Assembly: GCA_963717525.1 (NCBI GenBank) | Contig: OY970343.1 | Location: 1,696,001-1,760,000, forward strand | Direction: 5' to 3' | Length of the DNA: 64,000 nucleotides | From: an uncultured Methanoregulaceae archaeon | GTDB taxonomy: Archaea; Halobacteriota; Methanomicrobia; Methanomicrobiales; Methanospirillaceae | Translations under genes and position numbers: made by a program | In this document: piece after piece, positions 51,656 through 63,672 of the stretch | Position numbering within the stretch: position 1 is the first letter of the stretch | How the letters are laid out: each line of letters begins with the position of its first letter | Notes under the pieces: model-generated | What the model was told of the DNA's origin: nothing | Seen by the model: only the letters and a program-made list of their open reading frames with translations | Databases searched by the model: none

Positions 51656-52870
51656 ATGGTGGCGTACGGCAATTATCCCCAAGGACAACTTTTTTCCCCG
51701 GCTTTTAACACCAATGTAACCCCTCCAACCCCGGCGAACGCCTATCCAAGTTATCCCACACCAACACAGGGTGAGTCACTCTGTAACTGCCCGCTTATTG
51801 CGGGCCTGGCCTCCATTGCATGGGTGAACCGGCAGTTTATTCTCCATAACATCGCTCCCGCAGGTATCGCCGGGAATTATTCCGTGACATTCTGGGATTA
51901 TCCTGCCGCTGCCTATCCCCCGCCGGTTCCGGTGCCCGGTCAGGGTGCCGGCTGCCAGCTGAACGGTTTATTAGGAGCCGCAGTGGCAGTACCCGTAACG
52001 GTCAGTGGGACCATCCCGCTACTCAATGCCAGTCCCGTTGATCCCGCAACAGGTATGACATGTGGTGCCGGTTCATCTAATGTCAATGAAATATGGCCGG
52101 CGCTGTACGAAAAGGCCTATGCTAAATTCATGATGTACAAGGCCCAGATACCCTCTCATGAGAAATTGAATGCAGCGGGCAATCCATCACCTTTGCAGAT
52201 CGGCGACCTTGCGAATCCGGCCATGGATCCTAACTTCGGCGAGGTCCAAAATCTGACTCAGGTCCAGTGGGGTGGAAATGCCGGCGTGGGTCTCTTGTAC
52301 CTTACCGGGCTGCCCTGCTATGCCTATAATCTGAATTCAGCTGCATTCACGCCCACGGGTCATATTAATGTAGCTACTCCAAGTGTTTTTACGTTTATCA
52401 GAAATGGATTTTGTCGCAATACAGCAGTAGCTCCCTATGGCCTGAACAAAACACTGTACCCCTTGGTGGCATGGACATATCTAGATGGAACCCAGCCTGC
52501 GGGGGTTGCCTATAACAATGGTATCATAGCAGGTCACTGTTATGCCATTCTCGGGATTATGACGGTGGGTGCTTCAAATTACATCATTCTCCGTACAACC
52601 TATGGGACAGGGGGTATCGCGGTAGCCGCTCCCAACCCCAACCCGCTTAACCTCCAGCCCCTTGTGGTGGCACCCGCAATGACCTGTTATGATGCACTAT
52701 TCACCATCGGAGCGCTTGCACCATTCTATCCCCCAACATTATTACCCCACCCCAACAACATCCCAATCAATTTAACGAACGGGATCTTTGGTATTGAGGC
52801 AAGTATCTCCTGTACGAACAATTTAACTACATTCCAGAATTATTTTTCGACGATTGGCTGGGCTGATTAA
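51656..52870 (+). CDS. Calpain-like (peptidase C2/CysPc) cysteine protease
   Basis: QG...NCPLIAGLASIA, EIWPALYEKAYAK, GG, GHCYAILG, YIILRTTYG. Confidence 0.75.
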   Translation: MVAYGNYPQGQLFSPAFNTNVTPPTPANAYPSYPTPTQGESLCNCPLIAGLASIAWVNRQFILHNIAPAGIAGNYSVTFWDYPAAAYPPPVPVPGQGAGCQLNGLLGAAVAVPVTVSGTIPLLNASPVDPATGMTCGAGSSNVNEIWPALYEKAYAKFMMYKAQIPSHEKLNAAGNPSPLQIGDLANPAMDPNFGEVQNLTQVQWGGNAGVGLLYLTGLPCYAYNLNSAAFTPTGHINVATPSVFTFIRNGFCRNTAVAPYGLNKTLYPLVAWTYLDGTQPAGVAYNNGIIAGHCYAILGIMTVGASNYIILRTTYGTGGIAVAAPNPNPLNLQPLVVAPAMTCYDALFTIGALAPFYPPTLLPHPNNIPINLTNGIFGIEASISCTNNLTTFQNYFSTIGWAD

Positions 52871-52894
52871 CGGTGATATGGATCTGGTGAGGAC

Positions 52895-55546
52895 ATGCAA
52901 AGAGGCCGGAAGAAAATTATTGCTTTGCTGTGCGTCCTTGCCACGGTTTTCCTTTGTATCGATATAAGTACAGCAGCCGGAACAGAAACCATCATTACCG
53001 CGGGGAACAGCAGCTGGTATCCCCAGCTGCCCAGGATTTCCAGTGACCGTATTGTCTGGCAGGAAGTTGACACTGCTACTGGCAACTACGGTGTTATCTT
53101 CCTGTACAATATCACTTCAGGAGTTGAGACCCAGGTGACCGATGCTTCCGGTTTTAAGACAAACCCTGCGATTGACGGGAACCTAGTTGCATTCACCGAC
53201 TGCGGGCCAGATCCATTTTGTAATTCCCCGTCTGCCATTTACGAATATAACATAGCATCGGGAACAACAACAAGGGTATCCTCGCTCTCAAATTACTTCG
53301 ATTTCTCCCAGGTGTCAAGCAGGTACCTGTCGTATGGATGAACAATGGCGGTGTAGGCAATTCCCAGATCTTTGTCAACGGAACAGTACCCGGGAACGGA
53401 AAGTCCGGTTTCACCTTCGGCAACATACCAAAATACTCCGGCCATTTATGGAAGCCTCGTCGCATGGCAGGAAAGCCGCTATGGGTCCCCGGATATCTTT
53501 CTCTATAACCTTACTGCCCACCAGGAAATTCAAATCACCAACAACACAGCATGGAATGAAGCAACCCCAGCAATCTATGGCAACCGGATCGTCTGGTGGG
53601 ACACCAGGAACGGGGACTATGAGATCTTTATCAACGGGACGACTCCGGGAGGGGAGTACAGTGTTTCGCCAGGCATGGGGGCGTACAACCCGGTGTCACC
53701 TGCAATCTCCGGCAGCTGGGTTGCCTGGTCACAAAATAATCCAACTACGCTGGGAAATTCAGATATTTTCGTGAACAATACCAGTTCGGCGCAGACCACC
53801 CCTGTTATCCTGAACCGGTTTAACCTTGGAGGAGATCTTTCTCCTTCTATCTCATATTCTCCGGCTCAGTCCTTGTACCGGATTGTCTGGAACGAACAGG
53901 TTACAGGAGGCAACAATGTCCATCTTTATACCAGCGGCACGGCCCAGACCTGCCCGGTGGCAAATTTCACAAACGATTTTGCCGGCGGGGGTACACCGAT
54001 CACGGTCCATTTCTCGGACAGCTCCAGCCAGGATTCTGCAATCAACCACTGGTACTGGGACTTCGGTGATGGGTCCACGTCAACCATTCAGAACCCGGCG
54101 CACACCTATTCTGCCAACGGTGGATATACCGTATCGCTCACAGTAAGCGACCCCTACTGCCGGAACACAACGACCATCACGAATGATATCATTGTGGGCG
54201 CGCCAGTTGCTGGTTTTACAGCATCTCCCCTCACTGCCGTTGTGAACGTCCCTGTTTCGTTCACCGATACATCTCTCGGAAGTCCAAGCCAGTGGAACTG
54301 GAGCTGGGGCGATGGGAACTGGACAAACGGAACCACACCGCTCCAGCAGAACCCGTCGTATACCTATTCATCACCCCGTGTGTACACGGTTGCACTGACG
54401 GTAACAAATTCCTGGGGAAGCACTACCATAACAAAGAACAATTACATTACCATCCTTGCCGGTACCAACGTTAACGCAAATACCGCTATCAACGGTATCA
54501 TTATCCAGAACCCGTTAGGCCAGCAGTTCCTAGTCTATAATTATACTACGCTTCCTCTCTGGACATTTAACCCGAACTCTTCGGTACTCGATTTCGAACC
54601 TCTGAGCAGCGGGTTTCACAACATCAGTATCACGACCTCCGACCCCGGGGGGTTCCACGTATTCCCCGTGAACACGACAATAGCCGGCACAATCAGCCAC
54701 GTCCACCTGCAGACAAATGAAATAATCCCCACCGGATTTTCTGCATCAACCGGAGGGCCGTTCAGCTCAGTGAATTATTCAATTGATCTATCATCCTACC
54801 CAATGAACGCAGCACTAAACACGCAGATATGGGAAGGGGCGACTGCATCAGACGCAATTAATTTTAACAATATCGCATCAGGAAGCCATTTTGCGGGAAC
54901 AAATGGTACCGCCTATACCACAAAGATCATCAAGACAAATTTCCCGATGGGGGGAACGGCCATCCTGCACATGAGCCTGAACGCCTCGTGGGTGGCTTCA
55001 AAACCGTTGGGAAGGAACGAGGTCTTTGTCGAGCGGATTGATGACAGCGGCGCGTACGGACAGGTGCTGGGAACTCATTTCCTGTACTATAATTCAACAA
55101 GCAACCTTGACTATTTCGAGGCAGATTCACCTAACGGGTTGTCAACGTTCGGCCTCTCGTTCCTTGAAGGAGCCGGCAACCTTTTCCAGCTTATCACTCT
55201 GACAGTGAGCAACCAGGTACAGAATCAGGTTCATTATGCTGGCAGTGGCAGCTGGAGCCAGCAAGGGAATGCTCCTGATACATACTCCCCCACAGCAGTT
55301 CAGACACAGGTCGTGCCTCAGGCGACGCAGTCTCCCTCCCAGACAGCGGCAGTACCCCCCAGTGCGCCCCCTAACGCCGGGGCATCACCTCCGGCACCTA
55401 CAGCAGTGAGCACAGATGTAGGAATCATCGGCTGGCTTGCAGAAACCTTCGGCGGACACATCTACCTTGTTGCAGCAGTAGCGATCGTTGTCGTTTCGCT
55501 GCTGTATATACGACAGCGAAGACGCCGGTTTGACCCCCTGGGGTAA
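52895..55546 (+). CDS. Cell-surface protein: beta-propeller repeats, two PKD domains, C-terminal TM (frameshifts near 53320-53380)
   Basis: PAIYG..VWxD..G..DI repeats; WDFGDG..QNP.HTY PKD motifs; TM followed by RRRR tail. Confidence 0.85.
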
Positions 55547-55549
55547 AAT

Positions 55550-55875
55550 TCACTTCGGGACCGGCGTTCACGGAGCCGGGCCGGCCCGCCCGAGCGGTCT
55601 CCCCACTGGGCCGGCAGGTTGGGGTCCTGGACCCGGATCTCGTACTCGTCGTTTGTAAACGATTTCATGGCCGGGACGATGAAGGCGGCCGTGGACATGC
55701 CAAAATAGGTCTGGCCCCGGGCTTTCCTTGCACCTTTGTCGAGGTTCGTGTCGACCATGGGCGGGATCAGCTCAAAAACTTTGACCGGGATACTTTCCAG
55801 CTGCTGTCGGAGTGCCAGACTGAACGTGTGGACGGCTGCCTTTGTAGCACAGTAGACCGGGAGCGGGGCCATCGG
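55550..55875 (-). pseudogene. C-terminal remnant of a short-chain dehydrogenase (DltE-like)
   Basis: PVYCATKAAVHTFSLALRQQL...KVFELIPPMVDT; the Rossmann N-terminus is absent. Confidence 0.75.
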
Positions 55876-55953
55876 GTGGAGGGGCCGGGCTGCATGCAAG
55901 AATTTATACCATACCTCACCAGCAATCCGGATCATGGACAGTGGTGACAGACC

Positions 55954-57096
55954 ATGCTTTACAGGACCATGAAAAAAGCCGATCCCAAACTCTCGATCCT
56001 CGGGTTCGGGTGCATGCGGCTCCCGGTGACGGCAGACGGGCTGATTGACGAGAAACTGGCGACCGAAATGATCAGGTACGCGATAGACCATGGCGTGAAT
56101 TATATCGATACCGCATATCCCTACCATAATGGTGCAAGTGAACCTTTCGTCGGGCAGGCACTTTCCGGGGGATACCGTGAAAAGGTAAACCTCGCGACCA
56201 AGCTCCCGAGCTGGCTGGTCACATCCCGCGAAGACATGGACAAATACCTCAATGAGCAGCTCACCCGGCTCAGGACCGACCATATCGATTTCTACCTCGT
56301 ACACGGGCTCAATGACCCGTTCTGGAAGAACCTCTCGGCACTTAAGGTCACGGAGTTTCTCGACGATGCAATTGCAGACGGCAGGATCCGGTACGCCGGT
56401 TTCTCGTTCCATGATAACACGGCGCTCTTTAAGGAGATCGTTGATAGCTACGACTGGACCTTTGCCCAGATGCAGTACAACTTCATGGACGAGCAGTACC
56501 AGGCTGGCACGGAGGGGCTGAGATATGCGGCAAAAAAAGGGTTGGGAATCGTCGTCATGGAGCCGGTCCGCGGCGGACTGCTGGCGCGGGATCTCAAGGG
56601 GGTCGCGGAGATCTGGCAGACGGCAGAAACCCGCCATGATCCCGCTGAATGGGCACTCCGCTGGGTCTGGAACCACCCGGAGGTGACCGTCGTCCTCTCC
56701 GGCATGTCAACGATGGAGCAGGTCAGGCAGAACGTGGCCCTCGCAAAAACTGGGGTACCCGACTCGCTTTCCAAAAAAGAGATCGCACTGTTTGGGAAAG
56801 TTAAAAAAGAACTGAAAAAGCGGATCATTATCCCCTGCACCGGCTGCAGGTACTGCGTGCCCTGCCCGAACGGGGTGAGCATCCCGGAGTGCTTCGAGAT
56901 GTTCAACCGCGGGCACATTTACGAGGACGAGGAGGATGCACGGCAGCATTATACGATGTTCCTCGGCGGTTTCTTCGATGGCATACCCCATTACGCCTCC
57001 TGCTGCCAGGAGTGCGGGGAGTGCGAGGAGAAGTGCCCCCAGGCTCTCCCGATCCGCGAAAACCTCAAAAAAGTGGCGGACTATTTCGGGAAATAA
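55954..57096 (+). CDS. Aldo/keto reductase with C-terminal Fe-S domain
   Basis: LGFGCMRLP, DTAYPY, ATKLP, GFSFHD, CTGCRYC.PCP, CQECGECEEKCPQ. Confidence 0.95.
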   Translation: MLYRTMKKADPKLSILGFGCMRLPVTADGLIDEKLATEMIRYAIDHGVNYIDTAYPYHNGASEPFVGQALSGGYREKVNLATKLPSWLVTSREDMDKYLNEQLTRLRTDHIDFYLVHGLNDPFWKNLSALKVTEFLDDAIADGRIRYAGFSFHDNTALFKEIVDSYDWTFAQMQYNFMDEQYQAGTEGLRYAAKKGLGIVVMEPVRGGLLARDLKGVAEIWQTAETRHDPAEWALRWVWNHPEVTVVLSGMSTMEQVRQNVALAKTGVPDSLSKKEIALFGKVKKELKKRIIIPCTGCRYCVPCPNGVSIPECFEMFNRGHIYEDEEDARQHYTMFLGGFFDGIPHYASCCQECGECEEKCPQALPIRENLKKVADYFGK

Positions 57097-57175
57097 AAAG
57101 ATCGAATAGGACAGCCGTCCGGCGTAAGTAAAACTGCTAGATTCAGGAGAAGAAAAAGATTCGAATGCGGGATCA

Positions 57176-58153
57176 TCAGGACAGATCCCCGGGTTTCCCG
57201 GCGGATGGAACGCTCTCCCCGACAAGCCGGATGAGATTCTCCCGCCCTTTTTTTATTTTCTGGATGATCCCCCGCTGGTGGAGATCATTGAGCGTGGAAC
57301 TAACCGTGGATTTGGGCAAGCCCAGTTCTTTGACGATCTCGGACTGGAACCGCTCGCCGCCATGTGCCTTGAGCAGCCGGGTGACCTTTTCTTCGAGTGT
57401 GGCGAGGTCTGCCTCGGAGAGGGCGGGCGATGGCTCCTCAGGTTCCCCGGGCTCACCCTCTGGCACGGGCAGCTGTCTCCTCTTCCGGTAAACCATAAAC
57501 CCGGCTGTGGTGATAATGGCAACGACAATAACGATGACAAGCGGCAGTACCGGCAATGATGGTCCCGCAAGAACAACCTGCGGTTCCCCGGGGTCAAATG
57601 TCCGCTGGCCGTACCAGACAAGGCTGGTGCCCGATTGCTGGTCGGGAGCCGGGTCTGCGGACGTAACCGTATAGCCGTTCGGGTACCGGACGATCAGCGT
57701 CGAATCTTCGTCAAGGTACAGGCCGCCGGCAAATGCATCACCGGCGGTAAGACCCCCGTCGGGAACGGAGAAGTTCGTCCATGTAAACGTGTACGTCACC
57801 ACGCCGAATTCCCCGGTGGGGGACATCTGGGTGACGGCGTTCCCGGAAAAATTGTCCACCGACATCGGCCGGGACGTACCGGAGGCTGCCTGTGCGGCGG
57901 AATTCTGCATCAGGGCCTCAAACTGCGGAAGATAGACAGAACTGATATCAGCCGAGTAGTTCTGGAAATTTGCAAGATCGTCATTGGTGACAAGCGGGGT
58001 ACGGTACTCCACGGACCAGAGCGCCGCACCGTCCGGCTGCAGGTTGATCGTGTAGGTGGTGGCGTACCCCGGGGTGGATGCAGCCCCCGCAAGCGGCATG
58101 ATGCAGAGCAGAAGAAGGCCGATGATTAACACGTACCATTTTACCGTATCCAT
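57176..58153 (-). CDS. Membrane-spanning regulator: extracellular domain, TM, cytoplasmic wHTH
   Basis: Signal peptide, TM, GGERFQSEIVKELGLPKSTVS...L...GIIQKIKKGRENLIRL. Confidence 0.85.
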   Translation of the reverse strand: MDTVKWYVLIIGLLLLCIMPLAGAASTPGYATTYTINLQPDGAALWSVEYRTPLVTNDDLANFQNYSADISSVYLPQFEALMQNSAAQAASGTSRPMSVDNFSGNAVTQMSPTGEFGVVTYTFTWTNFSVPDGGLTAGDAFAGGLYLDEDSTLIVRYPNGYTVTSADPAPDQQSGTSLVWYGQRTFDPGEPQVVLAGPSLPVLPLVIVIVVAIITTAGFMVYRKRRQLPVPEGEPGEPEEPSPALSEADLATLEEKVTRLLKAHGGERFQSEIVKELGLPKSTVSSTLNDLHQRGIIQKIKKGRENLIRLVGESVPSAGKPGDLS

Positions 58154-58243
58154 GATGCACCCGTTTGTTGATCGTTATCCTGTACCCTATAAAAAATACG
58201 CAGCCGGTGATGAGTACCGGTGTGCGGATCCAGAATGGAAGCC

Positions 58244-59299
58244 TTACTGGTTATGGAACCGGGTATCCCGGTAGCTGTTCCCGTTGGGATACCCATTATT
58301 ATTGGCATTGCCGCTGTCGTTTCCGTTGCTGTTCCCGTACCTGTTCCCCTGCCCGTTGGATGGGTACTGGCCATGGTCCGGGTTTTCCTGGACATCCTGC
58401 CGGTGCTGGTCCTGCCAGGACTGGTTTACCTGCCCGGGATACTGCCCGTTCCCCGTGTTCGCGCCGTTGTTCTGCGTCTGGTTCCATGTCTGGTTCCATA
58501 CTCCCTGAACAAACCTGTCCGGTACAGTGCCGGTCTGGTTCCAGGAATATGCCGGGACGCTCCGGTTCTGTGCGGCGGCATTCATTAACTGCGGCTGAAA
58601 CACCAACCTGTTCTCCGCATCACGGTGGAGATCGAACTGCAACCGGGTCTTGTCCTCAAACCTCTGCTCCAAGTCCAAGCTGTTGTTGTATGCCCGGGCG
58701 AGGCCCGGGTTCCCGGGGTGAGTGGAGAGGAGGTTTTCAAGGACGTTCTGGTGCACGAGGATCATCTGTTGTGCATGGATAAGGCCTGTGTCCGTGGTTG
58801 CCGGAGTGTATCCGGTCCCGTTGAACCTGTCAGTGTACCCGGTGCCGGTATAATTCCCGCCGGACCATGGCGTGTAATTGGCACCGGTATAGTTTGCGCT
58901 AAACATTGGCAGGGAGCCGGTATCATTCAGCTGCGAAAGGGTCTGTTGGGTCTGGTTCATATCCTGCCAGGTACCTGGTCCAGTGCCCGGTCAGCCGCAT
59001 CGGTCTGGTTTGCGGCCAGCGCACTTTCCAGTTCGGCAATACGGTTGTCAGAGTGGTCGATCTCTTTTTCAAGCCTCTCGGTCTGGTTAAAAGTGAAGGA
59101 GTCATCAAGATTCTCAAATGCAAGTTTGAGGCCGTAGAGTGAGCTGTTCCGGGCCGATAGGTCCGTTATATGGCTGGATATCGTTTGCGTACTGCATTCC
59201 CGGAATGCTCGTATTGTCTGCTGCTGCAGGCCCGATGGCGCAGAGCAGCCCCAGCGCCACCAGCGCGAGAAGCACGCCAATTTTTGTATTCATCATCAT
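58244..59299 (-). CDS. Secreted DUF5667-like protein with N/Q/G-rich tail (frameshifts)
   Basis: Signal peptide; P.SSLYGLKLAFENLD..FTFN...RIAE motif; low-complexity tail. Confidence 0.7.
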
Positions 59300-59637
59300 T
59301 TTCCCCTTTTCCGGCGTGAGCCGTTTTAACTGATTGTTCCCGCCCGGCTCACATAAGGGTCGTTACCGTCCAGATAAATTCCGGTCGTCCCTGCGGTTGA
59401 GTTTTACCGTGCAATCGTTCCGGACCGTCCCGTCTGCCAATCGGAGCGGTTTTTACGCGGAGAAAAATCCGGCGATTTTAATGACCGATTCTGTTTTCGA
59501 CCGAAGCCGGATCGACCGAGCGCGCGAAAAAAAGTCGGGAGGGGCGCCACATGAACCGGCTGGTCCGCAGGTCCCGGGTACATCTGGGTCCCGGCTAAAT
59601 CCATTACCTTTGCGGGATAATGAGAAACCGGCATTTC

Positions 59638-60395
59638 ATGAAAACCGAACGCTTCACCACCCAGTATCCGTACCTCAGTGCCAGACCGGTTTCCTCGTGA
59701 TCGTTGTGTGCGTGGTCCTTGGAATCGGCGCAATCAACGAAGTCTTCCTGATGGGAAGTCTCGTGCAGGTAGCAGTCGTCGATTCTGTCCTTGCCCTCAC
59801 CGGGATCTTCCTTGTTTCGCGTCTTGGCTGGTGGGAAAAGGCTGGTTACACGACGGGGATCCAGTGGGCAGACGTTCCCCTCTTTATTCTTCCCGGGGTA
59901 GTGGCCCTGCTCTCGCTCTCCGGGGGCTCCCAGGTAACCGCACCGGTCACCATCCTCGCGTTTGCTGCCCTGACCCTTGTGGTCGGGTTTGCGGAGGAGA
60001 CGTATTTCCGCGGACTGATCCTCACCTCGCTTCTCCCGACCGGTGTGATCCGTGCGGCGATGGTCAGCTCCTTTTTATTTGCTGCACCTCACCTGCTCAA
60101 CAGTCTCGGCGGTACATGGGACCCGGCATTCACGGTTGTTGACACCATCGCCGCGTTCGGTCTTGGCCTCACCTTTGCCGCACTCCGCATAAGGGCGGGA
60201 AGCATCTGGCCCCTTGTTGGCATTCACGCCCTCTTTGATTTTACCTCGCTCGTTGCGCTCGGGGGAGTCGAGGTGCATGCGCAGTCCTCCGAGGTCCTGC
60301 TCTCATCGGTGATCGTCGGCATGGCCTTTGTGGCGTACGGCCTGTTCCTGCTCCGGGGCGTGAAGAACAATGTGCCGGAACAACCGGCTTCCTGA
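59638..60395 (+). CDS. CPBP/Abi (CAAX) intramembrane metalloprotease (5' frameshift)
   Basis: EETYFRG, SSFLFAAPH, GSIWP..GIHALFD. Confidence 0.9.
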
Positions 60396-60467
60396 ATGGG
60401 GAAAGCCGGAAGTGGGCAGTTGGTTTCAGGAACAGTCCTCCATTAAGGGCATAAAAAGACCTGCGTT

Positions 60468-61833
60468 TTACCGTTTTTTCCCGAGCAGCGAGAGGAAGAG
60501 GGCCTGCGCTATGATGGTTCGTTCCAGGTCGCCGAGATCCACACTTTCGTTTGTACCGTGGATGCGCGAACCTGATGCGTCCTCGGCCCCCCACAGGACA
60601 AATTCAGCATGCGGTACAGCGTCGTGAAGCGTACGCAGCAGGGGAATCGAGCCTCCGGTTCCTTTTTCAAGGACCGGCTGGCCAAAGGCGGTTGCCAGTG
60701 CGCTTTTTGCCGCTGTATACCCGGGACCACCGGTCGGGCAGGAAAAACCCGGTGAATGGCCCACTTCCCTCACCTCAACGTGGGCGTTCCACGGTGCAGC
60801 GGCACGGAGGTGATCCATCAGGACCAGAAGCTCATGCCCCGCATCCGCATCAGGGGCGATACGCATACTGATTTTTGCGGCGGCCCGGGGAATCAGGATG
60901 TTTGCAGCCGTTTTTAGAGAAGGGGCGTCGATCCCGATAACGGTCACGGACGGCCGGGACCACAAGCGGTCGCCGAGCGGGCCGGTGCCGATGAGATCAA
61001 CGCCATCAAGCACCCCCGCACTCTCCCGGTATCTGTTGACGGGATACTCACCATCCCCCGGGGCATCCGACCGGAGACCCTGCACGGCAACATTGCCCCG
61101 GGCATCGTGAAGCGTGGCAAGGATCCTGATCAGGGCAACCAGTGCATCGGGTGCGGCACCCCCGAACATGCCCGAGTGCACCGCGTGGTCGAGAGTCGAA
61201 ACCTCGACGATACAGGACGCCTCCCCCCGCAGGGTGGTCGTAAGTGCCGGTTCGTCCACGGAGAGGTTGCCATTATCGGCGATGATGATCGCATCACACG
61301 AAAAGAGGTCCGGGCGTGCAGCGACGAGCTCTTCGATGTGGCTGGTCGTCTCCTCCTCGCCCTCGATAAGTACCTTTCACCCCCACAGGGGGTTTTCCTT
61401 CGAAGATCCGGAGGGATGCGGCGATAAGAAGGATTCCCGATTTGTCATCGGCGCTTCCACGGCCGTAGAGACGCCCGATCTTCTCTACCGGCTCCCAGGG
61501 ATGTGTCTCCCACCCGTCCTCTTTTTGTGCCGGCTGGACATCGTAATGGGCATACATCAGGACGGTCGGCTTGCCGGGCGGGGCCGGGATCTCGCCGTAC
61601 ACCGCAGGGTATCCTCCCGGGATCTCGATATGGTGGGCATCAGGAATCCCATACTCCCTGAGCACCGCGACCGTGGCATCCGCCATTGCAAGGACCGGTT
61701 TCTTTGGGTAGCCGGGGAAGGCTACGGACGGGTACCGGATAAGACTTTTGAGATCCTGCACAACGCCGGGCATCAGGGCCCGGGTCTTTGAGAGGATCTC
61801 TTCGAACGTGAGCTCACCGGCTATAGTTCTCAC
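60468..61833 (-). CDS. M20 family dipeptidase (frameshift near 61380)
   Basis: YAHYDVQP, LYGRGSADDK, HSGMFGG, GGSIP, IHGTNE. Confidence 0.92.
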
Positions 61834-62460
61834 CCCATAACTTCATGGGTATAACGCCGGTTCCTCTCTCATCCTGATAGGTTATAGGACTTGCGCAACG
61901 GCATTTGGCTCGACAGAGGGCCACAATATCTGGATCCGTTCCCACGATGTATGGCCATCTGTGAATCGGTGCCGGATATCTTTTTTACTCAGGAGCCGGT
62001 CACCACAAACGGGGCGCAGGAAAACATGCCGGTCACCGGCTTCCCTTTGCGTCCACCGCACCGGTGCAAACCAGGAGAAGGATACGGACGTACACCTCAC
62101 GCTCGTGAGTGGTGGGCGGGCATCGGGGATCGCACAGGGCAATCTCCACCTGCCGGACAACATCACCGAGATTGGTCATGGGAGGGGGAGTCTCCTGCCT
62201 TGAGTGGCGTTATTTCGTTGAGGCGATTCAGGCACGATCATCAGGTCAACCGGGCTTGGGTATATATTGCCAAAATGGTCCGGGTTCGAGGATGGAACCG
62301 GGAAGTTAGCTGAAGAGATCCCAAAACCTTTCAAAAAGTCCGGGTGGGTTAAAAATCCCCATTCACCACATGAGGGAATACAGGTTCTCGCGGATCCTGG
62401 CAGCCCCGAACTGCTCACGACGTGCCTCTTTATCTGGTATTCCAGAGATAACCACTACGT

Positions 62461-63672
62461 ATGAAATGGCCCCCGTGGTTGAACAACACGGTCCTTGGGG
62501 CCGGCCTTGCAAGTTTTTTTGGGGATCTTGGCTATGAGACCGTCACCGTGCTCCTTCCCTCGTTTTTGATCATCCTCGGCGCACCGGTGTACGCCCTTGG
62601 GGTCATCGAAGGGCTGAGTGATGGTGCATCCAGTTTCGTGAAACTGTTCTCAGGGTACTTTGCGGACAAATTTGGCAGGCGCCGCGAGTTTGCCCTTGCC
62701 GGGTCCATCGCCACCGCGATCTTTCCCGCGTTTATCGCTGCAGCTGCCTCGTGGCTGGTTGTCCTCGCGGGCAGGATTACCGGCTGGATCGGCAAAGGAA
62801 TCCGTGCGCCGGCCCGGGATGCAATCATTGCCAACTCTGTCGAGAAAAAAGATCTCGGCAAGGCATTCGGGTTCCACCGGGCCGGCGATACGCTGGGGGC
62901 GATTGCCGGCCCCGCGATCGCGCTGGTGTTGGTCTCAACGGTCGCGATCCGGACGATCTTCTGGTTAGCCGTGATCCCGGGATGCCTGGCATTTATCACT
63001 CTCTGGCTGTTTTTAAAAGAGAGGAATCCTGCGCCGCAGGATCATCCCCGGGAACTGATTCCTTCGCTCCGCGGCCTGCCGTCGCGGTTCAAGGCGTTTC
63101 TTGCTGCCGTGCTGGTTTTTGGGATCGCGGATTTCTCCCAGACACTCCTCATCGCGTTTGTGATCGTCGCACTCACCCCATCGCTGGGATTTGTGGTGGC
63201 GACAGCGGCGGGTGCAGGCCTGTACCTCATCCGCAACATCGTCTACGCGGCAGCGTCTTACCCTCTCGGCTGGATGGGTGACCGCATCGGCCGGCGTCCG
63301 GTGCTCGTTTTCGGCTATGCCATTGCGGCTGTGACGTTCATCGGCTTTGTCCTTGCACCGCCAGATATTATTGCCTATGGGGTCCTGTTCGCGATGTGCG
63401 GCTTCTTCATTGCGGCGGAGGATGCGCTCGAAGCGGCACTCTCGGGGGAGATGGTGGGGGAAGCGTCCCGCGGGCTCGGCTATGGAGCGCTTGCAGCCAT
63501 GAACGGAGTAGGGGATCTGGTGTCGAGCGTCATGATCGGCTTTGTCTGGACGTTTATCGGATACAGCGCAGGGTTCATGATAGCAGCGGTAATAGCGGCG
63601 GCGGGGACTATCCTTCTTATCTGGACAACACGGGCGGTAAAACCGGGACGAGTTACCGGATCCGGAGTGTAA
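62461..63672 (+). CDS. MFS transporter
   Basis: SGYFADKFGRR, GKGIRAPARDA, GKAFGFHRAGDT, GDRIGRR. Confidence 0.92.
   Translation: MKWPPWLNNTVLGAGLASFFGDLGYETVTVLLPSFLIILGAPVYALGVIEGLSDGASSFVKLFSGYFADKFGRRREFALAGSIATAIFPAFIAAAASWLVVLAGRITGWIGKGIRAPARDAIIANSVEKKDLGKAFGFHRAGDTLGAIAGPAIALVLVSTVAIRTIFWLAVIPGCLAFITLWLFLKERNPAPQDHPRELIPSLRGLPSRFKAFLAAVLVFGIADFSQTLLIAFVIVALTPSLGFVVATAAGAGLYLIRNIVYAAASYPLGWMGDRIGRRPVLVFGYAIAAVTFIGFVLAPPDIIAYGVLFAMCGFFIAAEDALEAALSGEMVGEASRGLGYGALAAMNGVGDLVSSVMIGFVWTFIGYSAGFMIAAVIAAAGTILLIWTTRAVKPGRVTGSGV

Noticed and set aside
55462..56676. 404-aa minus-strand ORF as a real gene
   Set aside because: Mostly the antisense shadow of the aldo/keto reductase, running into the SDR remnant
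61880..62460. Overlapping short ORFs between the M20 peptidase and the MFS gene
   Set aside because: No motif or consistent frame; cannot support a call
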